Shown in pieces: positions 46,961-54,328 of a DNA stretch of 64,000 bases (position 1 is its first letter; every line of letters starts with the position of its first letter). The translations under genes and the position numbers were made by a program. The notes under the pieces are model-generated. The model was not told where the DNA came from. It did no database searches and saw nothing but the letters and a program-made list of their open reading frames with translations. Origin of the DNA: a virus (lineage: Duplodnaviria; Heunggongvirae; Uroviricota; Caudoviricetes). The stretch lies in IMG/VR virus record IMGVR_UViG_3300042401_001180; one strand, 5' to 3'.

Positions 46961-47000
46961 AGTTGACTCAAACTCTCGTTTCACCATCTTGAGTCAACAG
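46961..47000. other. perfect 10-bp inverted repeat hairpin (GTTGACTCAA-n17-TTGAGTCAAC)
   Basis: Read directly from the sequence. A second imperfect hairpin GGGAGTAGG...CCTACCCCC lies at 47075-47120. Confidence 0.5.
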
Positions 47001-47120
47001 GTTAATGCACTTTACGAGTTTCCCGTTTCTTACAACCACAATATTTTTATTTCAATGAACTTCTTCTGTCTTCACGGGAGTAGGACACCAACCTCTAACT
47101 TCCTACCCCCGTTCTCTGTC

Positions 47121-47165
47121 TTACAAAGATATGTAATCACTTTTGATTTGCCAAATTTTTATTGA
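47121..47165 (-). promoter_or_regulatory. repeated promoter module, copy 2 (-33 TTGgcaaatcaaaagtgattacaTATCTTTG)
   Basis: Shares the TATCTTTGTAA -7 region and an upstream A-tract with copies 1 and 3. Confidence 0.5.
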
Positions 47166-47655
47166 ATAAAACTTCCCCTTCTTTCATATATTCCTTTTTC
47201 ACTTTTTCAATCAAGGATTTTAAAGCAGTGTTACCTTGTGCTGTTTTTTTAAGATCCTCAAGTTTAGGGTTACCTTTAAAACCAACCTTAGTATAAGACG
47301 TTCCGTTTTCTTTACCCCACACAATGTTAGTTAAACACAATTTGTCGATTTTCTTTTGTTCCTTTTCTTTTTCTTTCTCGAATAAAAGATTATCAATAAC
47401 TGAATCGAGTGTTTGTGGATAATCAAATTCTTTGGGTAAAGTTTTACAATAGTTATAAACCTCGTTTAAAACTTTAGACATACCTTCATAAGGTTGAACA
47501 TTTGTATTACCACCGTGTCCGTCATTTTGAGCATATGCAGTTTTTTTACCGTTTATAAAAACATCAGCCATAAAACAAGTAGTTTCTTCGCTAAACATTT
47601 TGTTAATCTTTACATTTTTAAGTTCTATTTTCATAATGTTTTTTTTGTTTATCAA
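47137..47655 (-). CDS. hypothetical protein (172 aa)
   Basis: ORF downstream of promoter copy 3. Confidence 0.5.
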   Translation of the reverse strand: MINKKNIMKIELKNVKINKMFSEETTCFMADVFINGKKTAYAQNDGHGGNTNVQPYEGMSKVLNEVYNYCKTLPKEFDYPQTLDSVIDNLLFEKEKEKEQKKIDKLCLTNIVWGKENGTSYTKVGFKGNPKLEDLKKTAQGNTALKSLIEKVKKEYMKEGEVLFNKNLANQK

Positions 47656-47700
47656 ATGTAAGTAATCTATTTCAATCTACCAAAACTTTTTTTACTTTTT
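47640..47700 (-). promoter_or_regulatory. repeated promoter module, copy 3
   Basis: Minus strand aaaaaaaagtaaaaaaagtTTTGgtagattgaaatagattacTTACATTTGat, about 90% identical to copy 1. Confidence 0.5.
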
Positions 47701-47706
47701 TTTCTG

Positions 47707-47790
47707 TAGTCCGGAAGGGACTTGAACCCTTAATCCCTCATGGGAATTTGATTTTAAGTCAAACGTGTATACCAATTCCACCACCGAACC
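47707..47790 (-). tRNA. tRNA-Leu(TAA)
   Basis: Acceptor GGTTCGG/CCGGACT (two GU pairs), anticodon stem TTTGA/TCAAA with loop CTTAAAA, long variable arm TCCCatgaGGGA, T-arm AAGGG-TTCAAGT-CCCTT. Confidence 0.75.
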
Positions 47791-47867
47791 ATTTTACCAA
47801 TATGTCAAAGAACCCTTCTTGTTTGTTCTACAAATATAAAACTTTTTTTCTATTCGCCAAACACCTA

Positions 47868-47900
47868 AAACAAAAAAACCCCTCTTTGTTAGAGAGGGGC
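47868..47900 (-). terminator. rho-independent terminator (minus strand)
   Basis: Minus strand CCCCTCTCTaacaaAGAGGGG followed by TTTTTTTG. Confidence 0.6.
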
Positions 47901-48075
47901 TTCAAAATTTATTATATAATTAATTTATCATACCATCTCCTTATAGGAACGATCCTCAGCTATCGCCAATCCGCCTAATAATATGATATGTAAATTTTTC
48001 ATTTGCGTTTTTATTTGTTTTGTTATAAATATATGTAACTTTTCAAAAGTGTCAAGTTATTTCATATTTTTTTAA

Positions 48076-48447
48076 TTACCCCCATCTTCCTAACCATTGC
48101 ACAACTTCTTCAGCTCCGTCAGATGAATTACGTTCAGGTGTTTGATCTTCTTTACGTCCAAATCTAGAGCTTTCATAATAAACCTTATCGTCTTTGTGTT
48201 TCGCATCTGAGTCTTGAACTCTATATGTCCCGTTATCATTCAAATAAATTCTATATTTGGTTCCATCCAAATTCAACCAATTTTTATTTAACGGCCAACT
48301 ATATTCAATATCATTTTTTCTCAATGTACGAGCCATTAAATCTAACGGGTTTTTTGGCATATCTCTATCCATTCCAAACCCTTCTTTAATCACTTTTTCG
48401 ATAACATCAATTAATTGTGATTCTGTAAATCTGACAGTTTTTTTCAT
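48076..48447 (-). CDS. hypothetical protein (123 aa), N-terminal MKKTVRFTESQLIDVIEKVIKE family motif
   Basis: ORF. Confidence 0.5.
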   Translation of the reverse strand: MKKTVRFTESQLIDVIEKVIKEGFGMDRDMPKNPLDLMARTLRKNDIEYSWPLNKNWLNLDGTKYRIYLNDNGTYRVQDSDAKHKDDKVYYESSRFGRKEDQTPERNSSDGAEEVVQWLGRWG

Positions 48448-48466
48448 TATATATTATTTATATTTT

Positions 48467-49090
48467 TTATGCAAATTCTTCATCCTCAAAGTCCTCAAAC
48501 TCATCAAAAGGATCCTCACGTCTTTTTGTTATTATCGTTCCTTCACGATCGATTTTACTACCAGATTTGAATGTGTCTTTTGGTAATTTTCTATAATTTT
48601 CAGGTTTATAATCTTCAGGGTGTCTTTTTTTTTGAATAAAGTCGTCCCAACCTTCATCTAATTCTTCATCTCTTCCTTTTGTTTTTGCAAATGCTTTCTT
48701 TAAATCATTTACAGAATGTCCACCAATTGAATCGTATGGTTCATCTTCATCAGCAAAGCCTTCTTTTTCTAATAAATATTCAATATCGTACGCCAATTCA
48801 TCATAATTATAATCATGTAATACGTCCACAATATAATACTCATCCATTTCATTAATAGCATCAATTGACATTCCAAGTTCGTTTTCCAAGATATCTCTTG
48901 CTTCTTCAATTAAATCTTGAAGTTCTTGTTCACCTCTATCAGTCTCACCCCACTCTTCATCTTGTTGTTGTTCTTCATCACCATAGTATGGATCATACAT
49001 ACTTCTGTCTTTATAGTCATCGTTTTCTTTAATAACACGTTTAACAATACGTGCTAAATCCGATTCTGTTAATCTTATAATTCTTTTCAT
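48467..49090 (-). CDS. hypothetical highly acidic protein (start revised to MKRIIRLTESDLARIVKRVIKE)
   Basis: Track ORF trimmed to the Met carrying the family motif. D/E-rich body. Confidence 0.5.
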   Translation of the reverse strand: MKRIIRLTESDLARIVKRVIKENDDYKDRSMYDPYYGDEEQQQDEEWGETDRGEQELQDLIEEARDILENELGMSIDAINEMDEYYIVDVLHDYNYDELAYDIEYLLEKEGFADEDEPYDSIGGHSVNDLKKAFAKTKGRDEELDEGWDDFIQKKRHPEDYKPENYRKLPKDTFKSGSKIDREGTIITKRREDPFDEFEDFEDEEFA

Positions 49091-49100
49091 TATATATTTT

Positions 49101-49607
49101 TTAGTCTTCAATATTATCTAGTAAATCTACTATTTTATCCAACGACCTTTCTAACGCATTAAGATTTTTTATCGTTGCGTCGTCTTCAACCATTTCTTCT
49201 AACTCTCTAACTTTATCATAAATTTCACTTAGTTTGTTTAGTAATGATTCAAGATCAATATCATAATCTTCAAAATCACTTTTACGTAATTTCATATCTC
49301 TTTTTTCAAATGAAGAAACCAATTGTTTTAAAATACTCAAAGTTTCTCTAAGATCTAAAAAATCATCCATTAATACACTCGCAACTTTATATTGTGCATA
49401 TTCAAAAGAATCTCCTTTTAACATCGATTTAAACTTACCAAACCCAATCATTAGTTTACTAATCATCCCAAAAAGACCTGTCGCACCTTTAGAAGCGATT
49501 CTTCTATTTTTCATTTCTTTTTCAATGGATTCATATCCACCTTCATTCATTACACGTTTAACAATTCTTGTTAAATCGGATTCTGTTAATCTTACAATTT
49601 TTTTCAT
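49101..49607 (-). CDS. hypothetical protein (168 aa), N-terminal MKKIVRLTESDLTRIVKRVMNE family motif
   Basis: ORF. Confidence 0.5.
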   Translation of the reverse strand: MKKIVRLTESDLTRIVKRVMNEGGYESIEKEMKNRRIASKGATGLFGMISKLMIGFGKFKSMLKGDSFEYAQYKVASVLMDDFLDLRETLSILKQLVSSFEKRDMKLRKSDFEDYDIDLESLLNKLSEIYDKVRELEEMVEDDATIKNLNALERSLDKIVDLLDNIED

Positions 49608-49641
49608 AATTTTTTATTTTATATATAAATAGTCTATTAAT

Positions 49642-50586
49642 TTAAAAATCAATTCTTCCACTGAAATTTTCTAACTTGGTACATTCCCTCACTTCAACAA
49701 AATCGTCTTCCATATCAACAGATTCTCTTCTTTCTTCAACCGTTATGTCATTATCATCAAAATGATTTACATATACCTCAACGTTAAACGGTATTAGTTC
49801 ATCATCTTCTTCAATACTATTATAGTGTTCTAATGATATAAATTCTCCCTCATATTTTAAAAATCCATCACCTAACGTCACATTAACACTTCTTCTTATA
49901 CTATACTTCAAATCACTTGAGTCTAAATTTCCATCACCATCACAACTCCCACAACCATACTCACCATGTCCGGCACATTCTTCACACGAAAAATTTCCAT
50001 CACCATCACAATTAAAGCACTCTAAATTCCCTTTACCACTACAATCTCTACACTTTTCCGTACCATCACCATCACAATGAAAACATTCGACTTCTATTTC
50101 ATCCCCCTCATCATCTTCTTCTGTTTCAGTACCTTTACCATCACAGTAATGACAATCATCGATCCCTTCACCTGAACAAGTATCACAATCTATAGTACCA
50201 TCACCATCACACGAATCACAATCAATTCTACCATTACCATCACAATTCCCACAATGTTCACTTCCTGTACCATCACAATCATCACATTCAGCTTGTATAT
50301 GTACGGTATCTTCATATAAATCAATAATTGATGTATGTAAATTCATAAGAATCCCCTCTAACGCGGATAATTGGCTTTTTCTATTTAAAATAAAAAACGT
50401 AGCAATTAACACTTTAATTTTTTCTGGGTTACTACTTGTTTTGGATAATAATAGTTTGGCGAAATGATCAGTACTCATACACTTTTTAATATCACGAATT
50501 CCGATGAATCTATCTCCCTTTTCGCTTTTTAATAAATCTGCAATATTTTTTGATATTGAATATATTTTTTTAAATTCAGGTGTCAT
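49642..50586 (-). CDS. CxxC-repeat (DnaJ zinc-finger-like) acidic protein
   Basis: About 14 tandem C-x-x-C-(D/S)-G-x-G units (CDDCDGTG, CGNCDGNG, CDSCDGDG, CDTCSGEG, CHYCDGKG, CFHCDGDG, CRDCSGKG, CFNCDGDG, CEECAGHG, CGSCDGDG). Confidence 0.55.
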   Translation of the reverse strand: MTPEFKKIYSISKNIADLLKSEKGDRFIGIRDIKKCMSTDHFAKLLLSKTSSNPEKIKVLIATFFILNRKSQLSALEGILMNLHTSIIDLYEDTVHIQAECDDCDGTGSEHCGNCDGNGRIDCDSCDGDGTIDCDTCSGEGIDDCHYCDGKGTETEEDDEGDEIEVECFHCDGDGTEKCRDCSGKGNLECFNCDGDGNFSCEECAGHGEYGCGSCDGDGNLDSSDLKYSIRRSVNVTLGDGFLKYEGEFISLEHYNSIEEDDELIPFNVEVYVNHFDDNDITVEERRESVDMEDDFVEVRECTKLENFSGRIDF

Positions 50587-50626
50587 ATTTATAAATAGTA
50601 TTATAAAATAAAAAAACGTGTATTAT

Positions 50627-50974
50627 TCATACACGTTTCACTAACTCTGTTGGAACCAATCTTCTTAAAGGTATTCCGTAATTTGAAATAAACCAATCAA
50701 GAAGTAACCCTTCAGTTTGATCATCAAAATATCCTTCAATATCATTTATTAGTTCCATTGGACAATTCAAATCTCTACCGTGTCCAATATTATTAAAATA
50801 GAAAAATACAAAATATGTTATTTTAGTTTTACTATCCTTTAAATAAAATGTTATAGTATCCTCATTATAATCGTAACCTAACTTTAAATTATTTAATTGG
50901 GGATAAAACTTATCAATATAATCTGAAAAGGATTTTTCTAAACTCATAGTTGTTGAATTTGAATCATAATCCAA
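50627..50974 (-). CDS. hypothetical protein (115 aa)
   Basis: ORF. Confidence 0.45.
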   Translation of the reverse strand: MDYDSNSTTMSLEKSFSDYIDKFYPQLNNLKLGYDYNEDTITFYLKDSKTKITYFVFFYFNNIGHGRDLNCPMELINDIEGYFDDQTEGLLLDWFISNYGIPLRRLVPTELVKRV

Positions 50975-51237
50975 TCTACTTCTCCTTCCGATAAGTTACC
51001 TTTAACACCATCAGTTATATGTGTATCATAAGTAATATCATATTTTTTTTCATCCCCAAACAAAACAGCAATTTCCCACTCATTTTCATTTGATGTGTAA
51101 CTACCATAACCTCTATCACTATATGGTGTTTTATATCTTACAACAGAAATACCGTAACCATTAGGAAAAAATAATATTCCGTGTAACCCTTCACCAAAAG
51201 AATGGGGTTTAAATGTGATATCTTTAAATGATTTCAT
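50944..51237 (-). CDS. hypothetical protein (97 aa)
   Basis: ORF. Confidence 0.45.
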   Translation of the reverse strand: MKSFKDITFKPHSFGEGLHGILFFPNGYGISVVRYKTPYSDRGYGSYTSNENEWEIAVLFGDEKKYDITYDTHITDGVKGNLSEGEVDWIMIQIQQL

Positions 51238-51406
51238 AATTAATTAAATAAATATTTTTTGTGTTTTAACTTTCTATTATATAGATTCTTTGGTGTCTCA
51301 ACTCTTGACACAAATCTCCCATCAAAAAATCCCGCCTCAAGTTGATCCTTTCTTACCTGAGTTCTTTTCATTCTATGTTGGTCATATGTTTTCATCTTGT
51401 TTTTTT

Positions 51407-51820
51407 TTACAAAGATATGATTTTTTTTAAATTATCCCTTTCTTGATCTCGTTTTTTAATTGTTTCTCTTTTATCGTATAGTTTTTTACCTCTACCAATA
51501 ACAATAACCATTTTTATTAATCCCTTGTCGTTGGTGAATATTTTATATGGTACAATTGTTAATCCTTTATCCAATCGTTTACTGATGTCCTTTATTTCCT
51601 TTTTATTCAAAAGTATTTTAATGTCTCGTTTCTCGTCTGTTGAAGTTATGTTGATGTTTCTAACGTACATTTCATTATTTTTTAAATAACAATATGTATC
51701 GACAATGCTAACCTTATTATTTTTTATGGATTTAACCTCATTACCTACCAATACAACACCGCATGTGTATTTTTCAATAATCTCATACTCAAAACCTACC
51801 TTTTTGTTTGTTATTAACAT
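51407..51820 (-). CDS. smpB: SsrA-binding protein SmpB homolog
   Basis: Residue pattern NKKVGFEYEIIEKYTCGVVLVGNEVKSIK...SIVDTYCYL...RKLLL..KEI..L.....GLTIVPYKIF.....IKMVIVIGRGKKLYDKRETIKKRDQERD matches the conserved SmpB fold signature (EVKS, GKKxxDKR, basic tail). Confidence 0.7.
   Translation of the reverse strand: MLITNKKVGFEYEIIEKYTCGVVLVGNEVKSIKNNKVSIVDTYCYLKNNEMYVRNINITSTDEKRDIKILLNKKEIKDISKRLDKGLTIVPYKIFTNDKGLIKMVIVIGRGKKLYDKRETIKKRDQERDNLKKIISL
51408..51417 (-). promoter_or_regulatory. Bacteroidetes-type -7 box
   Basis: Minus strand ATATCTTTGT. Confidence 0.35.
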
Positions 51821-51833
51821 TGTTTAATTTTTT

Positions 51834-51914
51834 GTACCCCCGGAGAGACTCGAACTCTCACGCCCTTCGGCATCAGATCCTAAATCTGACATGTCTACCA
51901 TTCCATCACAGGGG
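51834..51914 (-). tRNA. tRNA-Leu(TAG)
   Basis: Acceptor GCCCCTG/CGGGGGT, anticodon stem TCAGA/TCTGA with loop TTTAGGA, long variable arm, T-arm GAGAG-TTCGAGT-CTCTC. Confidence 0.7.
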
Positions 51915-51923
51915 CATTTATTT

Positions 51924-51995
51924 GAGCTCAGGGAGGGATTTGAACCCACATACCAGGCGTTTGCAGTGCCGGACCTTACCAATCGGACACCTGAG
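51924..51995 (-). tRNA. tRNA-Cys(GCA)-like (short anticodon stem)
   Basis: Perfect acceptor GCTCAGG/CCTGAGC and a T-arm TTCAAAT loop. Loop CTGCAAA is closed by a 3-bp GGC/GCC stem. Confidence 0.45.
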
Positions 51996-52001
51996 CATAT
52001 A

Positions 52002-52457
52002 TTAACGGCAGTGATGATCTGCCGCTCTTGTTGCAATTTGGTTGTCAGGTTTAATATTTGTTTTATACCCCAATGACGTTGCCCAACCAACAACTGGTTG
52101 TACAAGTTTTGAACTAAAGTGTTTTTCTTCACTATTATAATCCAAATCAATCTCAACCTTAACTTTTACTTTTTGAGTTAACCATTCGGCAACCTCAATT
52201 GAATAATCAGCTTCATTCCAAAGACGCGTCCATTTGTCTTTTATTTTTTTTACTTTTTGTTTGTGTAGGATATAGTGAACACCTCTGTTACCATACCTGT
52301 AAGCAATTACCGTAACGTATACGGTACTTCTTCTGTGGTTTTGTGAATCTGTACCGATGTGCATTTCAACCCAAGGACATTCCTTTAAAACGTCTAAGGT
52401 GTGATTTACCACATCAGGAACCGTATCACCATTAACCGTTCTAAATACTCTGTTCAT
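52002..52457 (-). CDS. hypothetical protein (151 aa)
   Basis: ORF packed between tRNA genes. Confidence 0.5.
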   Translation of the reverse strand: MNRVFRTVNGDTVPDVVNHTLDVLKECPWVEMHIGTDSQNHRRSTVYVTVIAYRYGNRGVHYILHKQKVKKIKDKWTRLWNEADYSIEVAEWLTQKVKVKVEIDLDYNSEEKHFSSKLVQPVVGWATSLGYKTNIKPDNQIATRAADHHCR

Positions 52458-52473
52458 TGTTTCTATTTTTTTG

Positions 52474-52546
52474 TGGACAGAGAGGGTTTCGAACCCCCGA
52501 CTCCAGGATCTTCAATCCTGAGCTCTACCAACTGAGCTACCTGTCC
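52474..52546 (-). tRNA. tRNA-Phe(GAA)
   Basis: Acceptor GGACAGG/TCTGTCC, D GCTC/GAGC, anticodon stem CAGGA/TCCTG with loop TTGAAGA. Confidence 0.8.
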
Positions 52547-53056
52547 TTATTTAACTTGAAACGCAAATTTCACAATACGTTTCTTTTTTACCGCATCATC
52601 CCAATTACCAATTACAACACCATCTTTAATCGTGAATGCATGTCCCTTAACAAGGATGAAGAATGTACCGACAGGGTTTTGTTTTGCAAAAGTCCCCACA
52701 GTCATTTCTCTTTTAGTCACAACACCTTTAGTTTTAACTTCGTATCTCAAACTGTGAGTCCCCATTTCACTTTTAGTTCCCAAACATTTAACTTTTTTAT
52801 AGTTAATTTGTTTTCTATCTTCAGCAATTTGTCTCATTTTTAAAACCGTACCGTAAGTCCCCTCACGATCTTTACGCCCAAAATTCTCTTTAACATATTT
52901 GTGAGCGTAGTCATATGAAACCCCAAATGAAGATGCAAATGCTCTAACAACACAATCGTTTCTTTCTCCTCTTGCGATAGGTGATTCTGCATAACCCTTA
53001 ATCGCTTCTTTCGTCGTACAATATGGTAATCCTTCTTTCATATTGTAAAGATACAA
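52547..53056 (-). CDS. hypothetical protein (169 aa)
   Basis: ORF ending at the tRNA-Phe 5' end. Confidence 0.5.
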   Translation of the reverse strand: MYLYNMKEGLPYCTTKEAIKGYAESPIARGERNDCVVRAFASSFGVSYDYAHKYVKENFGRKDREGTYGTVLKMRQIAEDRKQINYKKVKCLGTKSEMGTHSLRYEVKTKGVVTKREMTVGTFAKQNPVGTFFILVKGHAFTIKDGVVIGNWDDAVKKKRIVKFAFQVK

Positions 53057-53086
53057 AATTTTTTTTAACTGGCAAAATTAAATTTG

Positions 53087-53159
53087 CACTCCAGGAAGGG
53101 GTTGAACCTCCGACACCCGGATTTGGAATCCGGTGCTCTACCAACTGAGCTACTGAAGT
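53087..53159 (-). tRNA. tRNA-Trp(CCA)
   Basis: Acceptor ACTTCAG/CTGGAGT, anticodon stem CCGGA/TCCGG with loop TTCCAAA. Confidence 0.8.
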
Positions 53160-53223
53160 ATATGTTAAACCTGTTTTTGTTACAATAAACTAACCTTGTT
53201 TATTGATGCAATTTTTAGTTTAG

Positions 53224-53295
53224 TACCCCCTCAGAGATTCGAACTCCGACCTGACACCTTAGAAGAGTGTTGTACTTCCGTTATACGAAAGGGGT
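53224..53295 (-). tRNA. tRNA-Arg(TCT)
   Basis: Acceptor ACCCCTT/AGGGGGT, anticodon stem ACACT/GGTGT with loop CTTCTAA. Confidence 0.75.
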
Positions 53296-53468
53296 AAATA
53301 AAAGATGATGAATAACTTTATCAGGAATCTTGGCTTGGAAGCCTTCACACACCATTAGAGAGTTGGGTTGTTACATCAATACAATTAAGATTGAATACCT
53401 TTCCTTAGTGTGTACCCTTACGACACGTCTCTCCACGTCTGTCATTCTACGCATTGTATCATCTTTTG

Positions 53469-53541
53469 TACCTTCGGCGAGATTCAAACTCACATCTTGT
53501 GGTCCGTAGCCACAGGTTCTATTCTATTTAACTACGAAGGT
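53469..53541 (-). tRNA. tRNA-Arg(ACG)
   Basis: Acceptor ACCTTCG/CGAAGGT, anticodon stem TGTGG/CCACA with loop CTACGGA. Confidence 0.75.
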
Positions 53542-53548
53542 ATTGTTG

Positions 53549-53621
53549 GGAGTATACCGGGAATCGAACCCGAATCGTAGGTACCACAAACCTAAGTCTT
53601 AACCGTTAGACGATACACTCC
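53549..53621 (-). tRNA. tRNA-His(GTG) with encoded G-1
   Basis: Extra 5' G pairs with discriminator C. Anticodon stem TAGGT/ACCTA with loop TTGTGGT. Confidence 0.8.
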
Positions 53622-53639
53622 ATATAAAATTTTTCTCGG

Positions 53640-53709
53640 TACCGATAAAGGGTATCGAACCCAATGACATCCAGGATATGAGCCCGGATCGGAAACCTTT
53701 CCTATCGGT
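53640..53709 (-). tRNA. tRNA with CAT anticodon (third CAT tRNA; Met or Ile-LAU), short D-arm
   Basis: Acceptor ACCGATA/TATCGGT, anticodon stem CCGGG/CCTGG (one GU) with loop CTCATAT. Confidence 0.55.
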
Positions 53710-53715
53710 ATTTTG

Positions 53716-53801
53716 AGGAAGACATTGGAATCGAACCAAATACCCTTACGGGTACATCTCGCTTAGCAGGCGGACCCTATCGCCATCAAGGTTTATCTTC
53801 C
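53716..53801 (-). tRNA. tRNA-Ser(GCT)
   Basis: Acceptor GGAAGAT/GTCTTCC, loop CTGCTAA, long variable arm TACCCgtaaGGGTA. Confidence 0.7.
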
Positions 53802-53805
53802 GTAG

Positions 53806-53879
53806 TGCTCATAACAGGACTCGAACCTGTAACCTCCGACGTATCAGGTCGACTATCTAACCAATTGATGTATATGAGC
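53806..53879 (-). tRNA. tRNA-Ile(GAT)
   Basis: Perfect acceptor GCTCATA/TATGAGC, anticodon stem TCGAC/GTCGG with loop CTGATAC. Confidence 0.75.
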
Positions 53880-53885
53880 TTGTTG

Positions 53886-53960
53886 CGGATCAGATAGGAC
53901 TCGAACCTATTATCTTCCGCTTAACAGGCGGTAGCTTATAACCACTTAAGCTTCTGATCC
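53886..53960 (-). tRNA. tRNA-Asn(GTT)
   Basis: Acceptor GGATCAG/CTGATCC, loop CTGTTAA. Confidence 0.75.
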
Positions 53961-53964
53961 AGTG

Positions 53965-54050
53965 TGGGAGAGGAGGGACTTGAACCCCCAAGTTCCATTA
54001 CAGAAGACGGTTTTACAGACCGCTGAGCCAACCAATTGCTCAACTCTCCC
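53965..54050 (-). tRNA. tRNA-Tyr(GTA)
   Basis: Acceptor GGGAGAG/CTCTCCC, loop CTGTAAA, long variable arm. Confidence 0.75.
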
Positions 54051-54181
54051 AGTTCAGGAAAGGGGAAGATGGTTCGGTGAACATCCCCTTTTATGATTGG
54101 CGTTACTATGACAGTTAAAACTCCGACATAACTACGAACTACTGACACGTTAACGTTATATCATTCCCCAATCAACCTTTG

Positions 54182-54255
54182 TACACTCTACAGGGATCGA
54201 ACCTGTGACCTTTTGCGTATCAGACAAACGCTACTACCATCTGAGCTAAGAGTGT
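54182..54255 (-). tRNA. tRNA-Ile(GAT), second copy
   Basis: Perfect acceptor ACACTCT/AGAGTGT, anticodon stem TTTGT/GCAAA with loop CTGATAC. Confidence 0.65.
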
Positions 54256-54328
54256 GTGTTTTAGTTTCTTGGAACGAAGATAACCATTTTTTGGTAACTA
54301 TCGTTCTTTTTTACTAAATATTTTTTGT

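Noticed and set aside
45587-47978. ORF-track entries overlapping the tRNA/ncRNA island (45587..45772+, 45743..45937-, 46827..47165+, 47748..47978+) and, further on, 51808..52005+, 51824..52156-, 51891..52076+, 52457..52843+, 53936..54148-, 54410..54643+, 54561..54767+.
   Set aside because: Each overlaps one or more well-folding tRNA genes or structured RNA, and the translations are Cys/Arg/Pro-rich nonsense typical of GC-rich RNA genes read as protein.
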